From a virus, in IMG/VR virus record IMGVR_UViG_3300035670_000055, positions 32,001 to 96,000 of that record: DNA of 64,000 nucleotides; one strand, given 5' to 3'. The stretch's first letter is position 1; every line of letters starts with the position of its first letter. A program made the translations under genes and the position numbers. Under the pieces are notes generated by a model. It did no database searches. It was given only the letters and a program-made list of their open reading frames with translations, and was not told the DNA's origin. This document shows positions 19,725-30,165 of the stretch, piece after piece.

Positions 19725-20449
19725 ATATGTGCTACATTACTAAAACATTCTTGATACCCATTAAATTTAATTAAAGGTTTATACTTTTTATCTTTATTCA
19801 TCTTTTTTAGTTTATTTTCTAGATTATATATTTTATTACAACTATCTTCTATAATTTTTATTATAGAATAATTATAAGGCATTTCTTTTTTAGATTTAAA
19901 TCTTTTTTCTATTGTTTGAAAAGTTCTTCCAATTTTATAAAATTCTTCAAAATCATTCCAACATTTTATAATATATATTTTATATGTATGAAAATTTTTT
20001 GATTCTTTAGCAGACTTTTCCCAGTTTTTTTCAGACCACCCTGTTGGATTATTAGAATGTAAAATAGAACTTTTTATATTTTTACATTTGGGACATCCTT
20101 TTTTATTTAAATGATCATTTGCTTCTTGTAAAAAATTACCATGAATTTTACAAGTTATTGTTATTTTATTATGTGCTGTTGTATAGTTAATAAAATCATA
20201 AGTATACTTAAAATTATGTATTAAATTAGCTTTATTAGAATAATATTCATTTTTATTTAGAGCAGTATTTATAGAAGGTATTACACCATTCATTAAATGT
20301 CCTTTTCTTATTTTACATAATCCTAAAGAAGTTTCAACTATAACATATAAATTATTAATTCCTACCTCTTCTAAAATAATAATAGAAGAGGTAGGGAATT
20401 TATTTTTATATTTTGTTATAAAAGAATCTAACATTTTATCACCACACAT
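19718..20449 (-). CDS. Putative homing endonuclease (Cys/His repeat plus GIY-YIG-like C-terminus)
   Basis: KITITCKIHGNF.Q...HL...GCPKC repeat; IYIIK...FYKIGRT...R...E...G..E.F catalytic pattern. Confidence 0.7.
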   Translation of the reverse strand: MCGDKMLDSFITKYKNKFPTSSIIILEEVGINNLYVIVETSLGLCKIRKGHLMNGVIPSINTALNKNEYYSNKANLIHNFKYTYDFINYTTAHNKITITCKIHGNFLQEANDHLNKKGCPKCKNIKSSILHSNNPTGWSEKNWEKSAKESKNFHTYKIYIIKCWNDFEEFYKIGRTFQTIEKRFKSKKEMPYNYSIIKIIEDSCNKIYNLENKLKKMNKDKKYKPLIKFNGYQECFSNVAHIW

Positions 20450-20729
20450 GCGCTACATCAAATACAGACACCATGATAACTTCTTTATCTTCCGATAAAG
20501 GAATTTTTACAACTCCTCTAGCAGCAGAACTAGGATCAATCATAACTTCATCTCCAGGAACAATATGTTCTACACCATTTCCTACAGCATATACTTTTAA
20601 TCTTCCATAAGTTCTAAGCTTTTCTTTTTCTAATTCTATTTTAGATGCTTCATCTAATACTAAATTACTTTTTGGTTCTTCTGGTAATTCCAGATAAATT
20701 CTAGTTCCTAATAATTTTTTAAATTCCAT
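20439..20729 (-). CDS. groES: Co-chaperonin GroES-like
   Basis: KLLGTRIYLE...KVYAVGNGV..I.PGDEV; 96 aa. Confidence 0.7.
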   Translation of the reverse strand: MEFKKLLGTRIYLELPEEPKSNLVLDEASKIELEKEKLRTYGRLKVYAVGNGVEHIVPGDEVMIDPSSAARGVVKIPLSEDKEVIMVSVFDVAHVW

Positions 20730-20733
20730 ATAA

Positions 20734-21243
20734 TTAATCTTTCCAAGTTAAATATTTTACTAAAGCCATTTGTGCAGAAACCAAAAGATTGAAAGCTTGA
20801 GTTCTTAAAACATTTCTTACCCAACTTGTATTTGCACTATCATTTGTAAGTTTAATATGAACTTTTTCAAGTAAATCTATTTGTTTAGCAGCTAACATTT
20901 TTGCTTCATAAACTTCATCACTTCCAGAAGGATTGAATGTAATTCCTACGGCTTTTTCACCAAATGTTTGTGGTCTTTCTGCATTTTCTATAACATCATA
21001 AGTTTTTTCAAAGACATCTGGTTTGCATGGATAAAATTCTCCATTAATACCTTTAATAATATAATCTCCTTTTGAAGCTTTCATATCTCCTTCTAAAGTA
21101 GGAATTTTTAACTCTAAAGGTTCTTTAAGTTCTGTATATACAGTATCTAGTTTTTTTTCAACGAAAGCTTCAATTTCTTTTTTATTTGCTCCATTGTATT
21201 CTACTGCTTGAACCACTACTGGTTTTTTTACATAATTTTTCAT
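20734..21243 (-). CDS. Two-domain protein: KKPV/TLEG/GEFYPCKPD domain plus Acb2/Tad1-like helical hairpin
   Basis: N-terminal YVKKPVVVQAV...IPTLEG...GDYIIKG..GEFYPCKPDVFEKTY; C-terminal TFGEKAVGITFNPSG...K...IDL...AQMALVK..TW. Confidence 0.55.
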   Translation of the reverse strand: MKNYVKKPVVVQAVEYNGANKKEIEAFVEKKLDTVYTELKEPLELKIPTLEGDMKASKGDYIIKGINGEFYPCKPDVFEKTYDVIENAERPQTFGEKAVGITFNPSGSDEVYEAKMLAAKQIDLLEKVHIKLTNDSANTSWVRNVLRTQAFNLLVSAQMALVKYLTWKD

Positions 21244-21248
21244 AATGT

Positions 21249-21545
21249 TTATTTATATAGGTTACAAATTAATTTAATATATTTAGAATCTTTTATAAAT
21301 CTAATATCATCTTGAAGTCCAAATTCTCCTTTTTTATAATAAAGTGAAATAAAATAATTAACAACTTCATCATGAGTTCTAAATTTCTTATATCTATACA
21401 GAAAACCTGTTATATGATATAATAGTTCTTCTCCAAATTGAAGTATATTTTTTATTAATCTCGCTTCATCATTATTATATTTTTTTAAAAGGTCTAAATA
21501 ATAATATTGTTTATAAAATATTTGATTTTTCTTAAGAGTGATCAT
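21249..21545 (-). CDS. Hypothetical protein
   Basis: 98-aa ORF in a co-directional block. Confidence 0.5.
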   Translation of the reverse strand: MITLKKNQIFYKQYYYLDLLKKYNNDEARLIKNILQFGEELLYHITGFLYRYKKFRTHDEVVNYFISLYYKKGEFGLQDDIRFIKDSKYIKLICNLYK

Positions 21546-21609
21546 ATAAATTATTTTAAATATTTTAATCTAGCTAATACTTTTTGTGACATATGTCCAT
21601 CAAATACTT

Positions 21610-21891
21610 TCATATATTTACTAATCTTGTTTGTTCATAAAATCTTTCTATATCTTCTCCAGATAAGTAGATTTCGCTTTGAAATACTTCTACTTGCTTT
21701 CTAACACCTGTAACTTTATTACTATGTGTGTTAATGTTTGGAACTTCTTTTACTCTTTCATGTAAATCATCTAATAATACTACTAATGTATTATCATCTG
21801 TTTGTACAGATCTAATTACTTTGTTGATATTAAAACTGTCTCTAAATGTTTTATCACCTTCTGTTCTGGTGAAAAAGAATTGGTTTCTCAT
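21610..21891 (-). CDS. Hypothetical protein
   Basis: 93-aa ORF with ATGA overlaps on both sides. Confidence 0.65.
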   Translation of the reverse strand: MRNQFFFTRTEGDKTFRDSFNINKVIRSVQTDDNTLVVLLDDLHERVKEVPNINTHSNKVTGVRKQVEVFQSEIYLSGEDIERFYEQTRLVNI

Positions 21892-22274
21892 AAATTATAT
21901 TTTAATTTTAAATATTTACGTCTATTATTAACTTCTTCATATCTATATATATCACTTTCTACTTGTTGGTGTTCTTCCCAGGTAAGCAGAATTATATTTT
22001 CTTCATCAAATGCTATATCGGGATATTTACTTTTTGGTAAGAGGTGATGAAAGAATGTTGTACGTGGTTCATTTCCTAAAAACTTTCCAGAAACTTCTGA
22101 GAAATGAGGTTTCTTTTTCCATATAGATAGAAAAAAATCTCTCATTTCATCAGTTTTAGTTTCCTTTTTATAACCTTTTAAAATTTTTTTTGTTTTAGGA
22201 ATTGCTTTTTTTGGTTTATGAATGAAACAATATTCTGATTCACTCTTTTTTCCACAAACTTTACAATTCATCAT
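21888..22274 (-). CDS. Small His-Me finger (HNH-like) nuclease
   Basis: N-terminal CxxC...C..H; HHLLPKSKYP...NI.LL..EEH. Confidence 0.6.
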   Translation of the reverse strand: MMNCKVCGKKSESEYCFIHKPKKAIPKTKKILKGYKKETKTDEMRDFFLSIWKKKPHFSEVSGKFLGNEPRTTFFHHLLPKSKYPDIAFDEENIILLTWEEHQQVESDIYRYEEVNNRRKYLKLKYNL

Positions 22275-22714
22275 TCTCCTGTACTGCCAAATCCTCCTGT
22301 ATTTCTTTCTGATTCTAAAAGTTCTTCTGCTTCTTCAAACTCAATTTGTGGATAAGGTAAAATTATAATTTGACCTATTCTATCTCCTATTTCATAACTA
22401 TAACCAAATCCGTAACTACCTTGCCATAAAGTAGATTTAAACTTAAACATAACTTCACCACGATAACCACTATCTAAAACCCCAACAGAATTGCTTAATA
22501 ATAAATCTTTTTTTGCATTACTACTTCTTGGAAATAATAATCCTACATATCCTTTAGGAATTTCAAAAGCTAATCCAGTTCCATATACTATATTTCCATT
22601 ATTATCATAATATTTTGATGCGGCTACTAAATCCATTCCAGCATCCCCATCCTTGCTATAAGTTGGTAAAACACTGTTTTTTGATAATTTTTTAATTTTA
22701 ATTTTTAAATTCAT
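22271..22714 (-). CDS. dut: dUTPase (trimeric)
   Basis: AGMDL, PRSS, GVLDSGYRGEV, RIGQII and R..GGFGSTG: all five motifs. Confidence 0.96.
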   Translation of the reverse strand: MNLKIKIKKLSKNSVLPTYSKDGDAGMDLVAASKYYDNNGNIVYGTGLAFEIPKGYVGLLFPRSSNAKKDLLLSNSVGVLDSGYRGEVMFKFKSTLWQGSYGFGYSYEIGDRIGQIIILPYPQIEFEEAEELLESERNTGGFGSTGE

Positions 22715-22715
22715 A

Positions 22716-23819
22716 TTATTCTTCTAATTTTTCTGGTTCACTAAATGCTTCATCTAATGTTTGTACAGGAAGAGATTTTTTTATTTCTGGTTGTTCTAGG
22801 ATTTCTTCAACTATTTCATCATTATCTTCTTCTTTAATCTTTTCAACAATTTTTTCTTTTAATTGTTCAAAGAATTCATCATTCCCATCAATAGATTGTT
22901 TAAATTCTTCAAGGTCATATTTTACTCCGTCAAATGTATATGTTTTGCCATACTTTTTACCTAATCCAAAATCATGAGCAAGATCCATAACTTCTCCAAT
23001 TTTATCAATTCCTTTTCCATATACAATTTCAAAAGAAGATTGTCTATATGGAGGAGACATTTTATTTTTTACTGCTTTTAATTTAGTAATATTACCATAA
23101 GTTACATCACCATCTTTTGCAAGACTCCTAGAAATTTCTACTCTAACATCAGAATAAAATTTAAGAGCATGACCACCTTGAGTTGTTGTAGGATTACCAA
23201 ACATTACTCCTATTTTCTCTCTATATTGGGAAATAACAATAACGCATACATTATGTGCAGAAAGTGCAGTTTTAAGTTTTGGATAAGCATTGCTATTTAA
23301 TAATGCTTTTCTACCAATTGCAGAATCACCTACATCACCATCTAATACTTTTTTAGGAATTAATGATGAATCTGAATCAATAATAACAAGATCAATTTCT
23401 CCTGTATTAATCATTTCCATAGCAATGTTAAAACCTTCTTCACCGCTAGACGGTTGAGCAATTAATAATTTAGTTGTATCAACTCCTAAAGATTTAAAAT
23501 AGCTTTTATCAACAGCATGTTCGCCATCAATATATAATACTGTTCCTCCGTTTTTTTGACAATTTGCAGTTGTATGCCCACATATTGTAGATTTACCAGT
23601 ACCTTCCCAACCCATTAATTCATAAAGTTTACCTTTTACAAATCCTCCTACACCTAGTGTTATATAATCTAATCCGATAGAACCTGATGAAATTACGTCA
23701 TAATCACTATTTGTTTTTGAATCTAATGATAATATTGTTCCTTCACCATAACTTTTATTAAGCTTATCTAAAGCTTCTTGAAATTTACTTTTTGTTTCTG
23801 TTTGTTTTTGTTTTGCCAT
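22716..23819 (-). CDS. recA: RecA recombinase
   Basis: GWEGTGKS Walker A; YIDGEHA; IIDS; Q.REKIGVMFGNPTTTQGGHALKFYS; KNKMSPPY. Confidence 0.96.
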   Translation of the reverse strand: MAKQKQTETKSKFQEALDKLNKSYGEGTILSLDSKTNSDYDVISSGSIGLDYITLGVGGFVKGKLYELMGWEGTGKSTICGHTTANCQKNGGTVLYIDGEHAVDKSYFKSLGVDTTKLLIAQPSSGEEGFNIAMEMINTGEIDLVIIDSDSSLIPKKVLDGDVGDSAIGRKALLNSNAYPKLKTALSAHNVCVIVISQYREKIGVMFGNPTTTQGGHALKFYSDVRVEISRSLAKDGDVTYGNITKLKAVKNKMSPPYRQSSFEIVYGKGIDKIGEVMDLAHDFGLGKKYGKTYTFDGVKYDLEEFKQSIDGNDEFFEQLKEKIVEKIKEEDNDEIVEEILEQPEIKKSLPVQTLDEAFSEPEKLEE

Positions 23820-23838
23820 TTTATTGTTGATTTGTTTA

Positions 23839-23913
23839 CAAATTTACAAAAATAATTCGTTTTTTCCTATTGTTAAAAAAGAAAAAGTCTTAAATTTTCA
23901 TTAAGACTTTTTC
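23839..23913 (-). promoter_or_regulatory. Terminator after nrdJ and -7 promoter box for recA
   Basis: 13-bp stem gaaaaagtcttaa/ttaagactttttc (23881-23913); TAAATTTG on the - strand at 23839-23846. Confidence 0.7.
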
Positions 23914-23975
23914 ACATTAACAATAAAACAAAACGAATTATATTACATTTTTACTTTTTATTTATTTATTCCAAA

Positions 23976-26900
23976 CTACCCACATTTACTAGATCCACAA
24001 TCTAAACATTTATTACACCCTTCTTCAAATATTACATTTTCAGAACCGCAATCATTACACTTCACCGTAGACTTTGCGCCATCAGGAATATATTTCTTTA
24101 AAACTCTTACAAGTCCTTTTGTAAAAGAAAATAAATCTCCATTACATTTATTTATCTGTTCTACAATAAACTTAATATCTGCGCCATGTCTTAATGAAAC
24201 AGAGACTAGTCTAGTAATAGCAGCTTGTTCGTCAGTCATTTCAGAAGTAACACTTTCTGAATAAGTCTCCCCATCTTTTATTAAATCATACCTACCTTTA
24301 TTAATTTTCTTCAAAATTAATTCTTGTTCATGTGTAAAGTATTCTGTCACAAATACTTCGTAAGGTTTATTATTAAGTAATCCTACAATAACGTTATATT
24401 TTTTACCATTTGCATTGGTAGTATGGATTTTACATTTAAGTTCTTTAGGTCTTTTGGGAGCATCTACGTAATTAAATTCATCTCTTCCTTTATTTTCTGT
24501 AGTAGAGACTAGAACGCCACTTCTTGAACCATCCCTATAAACCGTAATACCTTTTAATCCTTTATTCCAAGATTCAAAATAAATTTTAGAAACTTCCTCT
24601 TCTGATACATTATTTGGTAAATTAATAGTTGAAGAAATACTATGAGTAGTATATTTTTGTATAATACTCTGCATTTCGACTCTTTTAATCCAATCTATAT
24701 CATTAGCTGTAGAACCATCCCAAGGAGTAGTATGATTATCCAAAAATTCTTTCGTGATTTTAACTAATTCTTCCTGTTCTTCTTTAGTATTAACATCTAG
24801 AGATATATTGATATTGAATAATTTCATATAATCAATTAATTTTGGATGAATTACAGCATATTCTTGCCAACTATCCCCAGACTCGTCCACAAAATCCACT
24901 CGTACATTTTTATCATTAGGATTGATTTTTTTTCTCCTAATATATGGATGTAATGAAAAGATTGGTTCAATTCCAGATGTAGTTTGAGTTAATAAACTTA
25001 CAGTACCAGTAGGGGCTACAGTATTCCAAGATACATTTCTTCTTCCATGTTCAATCATTCTTTTAGCTTGATTAGGATAATTATTACTTATAAAATTATA
25101 AAAAGAATTCTCTCCACCTAATAAATTAAAATCTCCTGGAAATAAAGATTTCCAATCAAATTCTAAAGAACTATTCCAACCTTCAAATGGACCTCTAAGT
25201 ATAGCTAAGTCAATAGTACAATCTAATTCAGCTTCCATTTTAATATGCATTATTTGTTCTACAAATAATAAAGCTTCATCTGAATCATATTTATATCCTA
25301 AAGCAGCTAATGTATCTCCTAAAGCAGTAAAACCAAGTCCTGTTCTTCTGGAAGCTTGTGCTGTCTGTTTAATTTTATTCCATAGTTCAATTTCTGTCCA
25401 TTTAACTTCATTTGATTCTGAGTCTGAATTAAGTTTGTTTAAAATTCTATTAATATGCTCAACTTCTAAATCAATAAGATCATCTGATAACCTCATTGCT
25501 TCATATGTAATTCTATAGAATTTTTCAGAATCAAATTCTACATCTTTTGTAAATGGATTCTTAACAAAGGAATAAAGATTTAATGCTATTAATCTACAAG
25601 CATCATACGGTTGCATAAAAATTTCTCCGCAATTATGAGCTATAACTCCTTGAATAACACCCCAATGAGTATCATCATTTAAACTAAAATCATAAACTGG
25701 TTTAACTTCTGTAATTTTTGCAGATAAAATTTTTGGAGCTTTTGTTAAAATAAGTTCTTTTAAAGAATCTTGTTTATAATTATGAACAAATCCAATATTC
25801 TCTGCAAATTTTAATACTGCCCTATATTTTGAAATATTTAAATCATAAGATTCTTTGCACAAATAAATTCCATTAGAAAATTCAACTTCTTTAGCTTTAT
25901 TTGTAGTAAAATAATTATCAATTCCAAATTCTTGTAATACATTAGATAATTCTAAAATTAATTCTTTACAAGTAGATTTAAAAGATATTCTATGTCCTTT
26001 TATAATACTTCCATTAGCTGACCATAATCCTTTTAAAAACATTAATTTATTATCAGGACTCCAATTATAAAAAGTTGTAGGTAAAGTCCTATTTGGTAAA
26101 ATAGAAGAATCAAATCCTAATTCTTTTAAAATCTCATTAAATCCTCCTAGATAAATTTTTCCAGTAGTCTTTACATTAAATAGCTTAGCAATGTCTTCAT
26201 CTTTTTCACCAATATTAACTTCTATACCTAAATGAGCAGTTGAATCTAGTCTTCCTGTACAACCATCTCCTTGTATAAATCCGTATTTAACAAACTCATT
26301 AATTTTGTCATTTATAATAAAGAAAGGCATTAGTCTATCCTCTTTAGTTATAAATTGAGCTTGTTTTTCTGAACCATCTGTTAACATAAATCTATGATCA
26401 ATTGTGGTTACAATTGTTTCTTTATTACTTAAATTTAATGTGTAAGTAGCTTTCTCTCCTGATTTAAATACTGTTCCAGATACAATTTTTCCATCTTTAT
26501 TTACAAAATCAATATCTTGACCTTCTAAATCTCCAATTTTCTCATACCCATGAGCTGTTAGTATTTTAGTTTCATAGCTAAAACATGGATTAGTTGTTAC
26601 CCCTTTGAATTGAGGATAAACTCCATCAGGTGAATAGTTATGATGATTATCTACAAATATAATTCCTGGTTCTGCGTATCCATGAGCTGATTTAATAACT
26701 TCTTCCCAATATTCTTTAGCTTTAATTTTTTTTGTATAAACAACATCTCTACTTTTTATATGAGAGCATCTATACAATGTATTATATTCTATAGTTTCAT
26801 CTGGGTATAATAATTCTTCTGTACTTGAATTACATGGAAATTTAAGAATGTAATCTTCATCATTTTCTACAGCTTTCATGAATTCATTATTAATTTTAAT

Positions 26901-27536
26901 AGAAATGTTGGCTCCTGTTACAGAAGTACCATCTCTTTTAATTTTAATGAAATCCATTACATCAGGATGGTTAATATCTATTGACAACATTAATGCTCCT
27001 CTTCTTCCATTTTGAGCCACTTCTCTGGTAGTGTTGCTAAATCTATGCATGAATGATACAGCTCCTGTAGTAGTTTTTGCAGCGTTTGAAACAGAAGTAT
27101 TTTTAGGTCTAAGAGTAGATATATCTAATCCTACTCCACCTCTTCTTTTCATTAATTGAGCCATTTCTTCATCTTTTTGAAATATTCCACCATAAGAATC
27201 TTCTGGTGTACCTATTACAAAACAATTAGATAATGAACCTATTGATTTTGCACCTAATTGAGACATAATAGAACCTTGAGGAATTATGTACTTAAAGTCT
27301 TTAAAAAGATTATAAATACTATTTTCTGTCATAAAACCTCTACTTTTACCATAAGTAGATAATAGTCTTAAGTCAGATTCTTTTTTCTGGTATTCATAAT
27401 CTATTCTAAAAAACTCCTTTGCCATTCTTTTATGCATATCATCAGGAATTTCTTCTTCTTCTTGTGCATATTTTCCTAACCATACTGATGATGCTAAATC
27501 ATCTCCATTAAAATAACTTAATAATTTGTCTTGCAT
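23976..27536 (-). CDS. nrdJ: Class II (B12-dependent) ribonucleotide reductase with intein
   Basis: SLSNCFV, RRGGVG, RRGALM, TNP|CGE, ACRL, VAPTGT, KGITVYRDGSR; C-terminal RPKEL domain and Zn ribbon; no nrdB nearby. Confidence 0.93.
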   Translation of the reverse strand: MQDKLLSYFNGDDLASSVWLGKYAQEEEEIPDDMHKRMAKEFFRIDYEYQKKESDLRLLSTYGKSRGFMTENSIYNLFKDFKYIIPQGSIMSQLGAKSIGSLSNCFVIGTPEDSYGGIFQKDEEMAQLMKRRGGVGLDISTLRPKNTSVSNAAKTTTGAVSFMHRFSNTTREVAQNGRRGALMLSIDINHPDVMDFIKIKRDGTSVTGANISIKINNEFMKAVENDEDYILKFPCNSSTEELLYPDETIEYNTLYRCSHIKSRDVVYTKKIKAKEYWEEVIKSAHGYAEPGIIFVDNHHNYSPDGVYPQFKGVTTNPCFSYETKILTAHGYEKIGDLEGQDIDFVNKDGKIVSGTVFKSGEKATYTLNLSNKETIVTTIDHRFMLTDGSEKQAQFITKEDRLMPFFIINDKINEFVKYGFIQGDGCTGRLDSTAHLGIEVNIGEKDEDIAKLFNVKTTGKIYLGGFNEILKELGFDSSILPNRTLPTTFYNWSPDNKLMFLKGLWSANGSIIKGHRISFKSTCKELILELSNVLQEFGIDNYFTTNKAKEVEFSNGIYLCKESYDLNISKYRAVLKFAENIGFVHNYKQDSLKELILTKAPKILSAKITEVKPVYDFSLNDDTHWGVIQGVIAHNCGEIFMQPYDACRLIALNLYSFVKNPFTKDVEFDSEKFYRITYEAMRLSDDLIDLEVEHINRILNKLNSDSESNEVKWTEIELWNKIKQTAQASRRTGLGFTALGDTLAALGYKYDSDEALLFVEQIMHIKMEAELDCTIDLAILRGPFEGWNSSLEFDWKSLFPGDFNLLGGENSFYNFISNNYPNQAKRMIEHGRRNVSWNTVAPTGTVSLLTQTTSGIEPIFSLHPYIRRKKINPNDKNVRVDFVDESGDSWQEYAVIHPKLIDYMKLFNINISLDVNTKEEQEELVKITKEFLDNHTTPWDGSTANDIDWIKRVEMQSIIQKYTTHSISSTINLPNNVSEEEVSKIYFESWNKGLKGITVYRDGSRSGVLVSTTENKGRDEFNYVDAPKRPKELKCKIHTTNANGKKYNVIVGLLNNKPYEVFVTEYFTHEQELILKKINKGRYDLIKDGETYSESVTSEMTDEQAAITRLVSVSLRHGADIKFIVEQINKCNGDLFSFTKGLVRVLKKYIPDGAKSTVKCNDCGSENVIFEEGCNKCLDCGSSKCG
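25632..26585 (-). mobile_element. Intein (318 aa) with LAGLIDADG homing endonuclease
   Basis: Starts CFSYETKI after TTNP and ends IAHN before CGE; block B TxDH; motifs YGFIQGDG and FLKGLWSANG. Confidence 0.93.
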
Positions 27537-27584
27537 TTTTATTTAATTTTTTGAGAGCGTGAATTTACAATTTTAATATCAATT

Positions 27585-28442
27585 TTACAAAATCTCATCT
27601 GTTAAAGTTTTATCTTTTTCTAATTGTTCTAATTTATTATTTAGAATTTTTGTAGCTCCTATTATTCCAGATAATTCAGCTTCTTTTCTTGTTTTGTGTC
27701 TTGTGGGTTTTTCATCCTCCATATAAGAAAAGAATAAATTGTTATCTGGAATAATTTTTATAAATATTTTATTTTCATCAAATACATCAAACATCATTCT
27801 AGGATTAATATTAATTAATTCTACAAATGTTTTTTCTGCTAATGTATCTTCTATATATTGTTCTATTTGTTCTTTTGTTAATTCTGTTCCCTGGAAAGAA
27901 TTTAACATCTGTTGTTTAAACCAATTTAATATAACTGGTTTTGCAAATTGTGATTCGTTTAATAATTCTACTGTATACATGCTATTTAATTTTTTTAATT
28001 CCATTGTCATCTAATGTTTCTAATAATTTACTACATTGTAATAATGTATCAATATGTTCTGAGTTGTTACTTTCTTCATCATTAAATTGGTCATCTTCAG
28101 ATAATCTTTCTATTACCCATTGTAATTTACAAAATAACACCTCAGGAACTTCCCAATATTTTCCTGTTTCTTCATCCTTCCAATTATCCCAAGATATTTC
28201 CTGAGATATTTCTTCTATTGCTTTTTTATAAAGATTCATTATATTACTTCTTTTGTTAATTCTTTATATTTATTTTTCCACCAAGCATATTCATATTCAT
28301 ATTCGTTAGCTTCATTTGGAAATTTTTTATTAAAATCGTTCATTAATAATTGATTTTTATGAGTTTCCATTCTCACATATTTAATTGCATCTTCTATTCC
28401 GAATTTTGCAATAATTTCATCTAAGATAAATTGATTAAACAT
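27585..28442 (-). CDS. Three small hypothetical genes (27585-28010, 27982-28239, 28239-28442)
   Basis: Overlapping, co-directional ORFs with no recognisable motifs. Confidence 0.55.
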
Positions 28443-28978
28443 ATTATTTTATTATTTAAGGTTTCTGATTCTTCTTTAAATTTATACAAAAGTTCATATT
28501 CTTCTTTAAACTGTACATCTAATATTTCTTCCCAATATTTTAATAAATCTTCTGTTTTATTGAATATTCTATATTGTAAAGAAACTTCTTCTTTGTTATA
28601 ACCTTTTATAGATATAATAAGTTTTTCAGGAAATAATTTTTGAAATTCTTTAGATGTTTTTGAATATTTTCCTTGTTTAATTAATTCAAAATCATTTTTA
28701 AAATTGTTATCTAATTGATATACTAAAACTATGTGTTTATTATCATAATTATAATCATCAATTAATTCTTGTGTTCTTTCATATTCTGAATCTACAAACT
28801 CTCTAAATATATCAATATTTTCAGGTTTAAATAAAAGATATACAGCATTTTCATACTGTACATCTCTATTTAAATCCTTTATATAACCATTTATAAAATT
28901 ATTTTTTTCTAATTGTTCTTTAGGAATCTTCAATGTAGGAACCATAAATATGGAAGTAATTGTCTTCTCTAATTTCAT
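28421..28978 (-). CDS. Hypothetical protein downstream of the exonuclease
   Basis: 185 aa, ATGA-coupled; F.LIKQGKYSK.S motif. Confidence 0.65.
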   Translation of the reverse strand: MKLEKTITSIFMVPTLKIPKEQLEKNNFINGYIKDLNRDVQYENAVYLLFKPENIDIFREFVDSEYERTQELIDDYNYDNKHIVLVYQLDNNFKNDFELIKQGKYSKTSKEFQKLFPEKLIISIKGYNKEEVSLQYRIFNKTEDLLKYWEEILDVQFKEEYELLYKFKEESETLNNKIICLINLS

Positions 28979-30042
28979 ACAGATTTAATATTTACTATTC
29001 CTTTTTTTAAATAATTACTTTTTGATATATTCCAGATATTCATGTCCATAGCCCATTTTAATTCATCAATTAAATATTTTACACCTGGATAAGTTTTTCC
29101 TTTATGAACAAACCCTTCATAAGCATCTTTCATATCTTCATCAGAAAGTGTATATACCAATGGATTATAATAATTTGTGCTATCACAAACAATAAATTGT
29201 AAAGGCTTCACTGTATATCCATATAATTCACTATTTTCATCTAACGTTAAATGTTTTGTAGCATAATAATATAGATAAGCTTGGATATATGCTCTTCTAT
29301 ATAAATAGTATTCTTCATAGAAATTTTCTACAGACCATGTACATTTTAAATCATAAGGTTGAATTATTTTTTCTTGATGGTCTACAATTACTTTATCCAT
29401 CATTGACTTAAATAAATGACCATCAACTTCATATGCTTCCACTTGAAGCTGATCATATACACTATATCTGGAACTATTTACAAGATTAACAATATCTTTT
29501 GTGGCAAAATTATTTCTTAATTCTGATACAATATTTTCAGCATGTGTTACATCTTGAGAAGTTACAACAGTGAGATTATTTGCTCTCACCTTTCTAATTT
29601 CATTATAATAAATTTCTGCATCAGAACCTATGAACTTTTTTATTATATTTTCATAACTTCCATTTCCTTTTCCACTATATCCACAATCTGCAAAAGCAGC
29701 TTTAGAAATTTCTTCAAATGTTTTTGTAACATTCCCAAATTCATCTGTAGCATCTATAGTTTCTCTATATAAATTTTCTACAAAAGTTACCATATTTCCT
29801 GTAGGAGAAGTAGCACAAGCAGACATGTAAAATCTTTTATCAAATTCATCTTCTTCCATTAATATAGTTTCTACAAGTCTTCCCATAATAGCAGCTTGAG
29901 AATCTTTATCTTCTACATTCTTTCCTAAATAATATTTATTATAATATTTCTTCCTGTCCATTGAAAATTCTTTCAATGAACTAGAACTGTCTAATAATAT
30001 TGCTCTATAAACAGCTTCTGTTTTTGCTTGTCCTTTAATCAT
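28975..30042 (-). CDS. PD-(D/E)xK exonuclease (RecE/ExoVIII-like)
   Basis: SSSSLKEF; MGRLVET; KSMMDKV...PYDLK; Y.QAYLY. Confidence 0.75.
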   Translation of the reverse strand: MIKGQAKTEAVYRAILLDSSSSLKEFSMDRKKYYNKYYLGKNVEDKDSQAAIMGRLVETILMEEDEFDKRFYMSACATSPTGNMVTFVENLYRETIDATDEFGNVTKTFEEISKAAFADCGYSGKGNGSYENIIKKFIGSDAEIYYNEIRKVRANNLTVVTSQDVTHAENIVSELRNNFATKDIVNLVNSSRYSVYDQLQVEAYEVDGHLFKSMMDKVIVDHQEKIIQPYDLKCTWSVENFYEEYYLYRRAYIQAYLYYYATKHLTLDENSELYGYTVKPLQFIVCDSTNYYNPLVYTLSDEDMKDAYEGFVHKGKTYPGVKYLIDELKWAMDMNIWNISKSNYLKKGIVNIKSV

Positions 30043-30165
30043 TTTTATTATATTTAATTAACACATTTTCTGAAATTGCTAAATTAACTAAATTTTTAAT
30101 AATTTTAAATACTCCTTCTACATAAAGATTTTTATCAACCAACTCTTGTTTACAATCTTGTTCTA

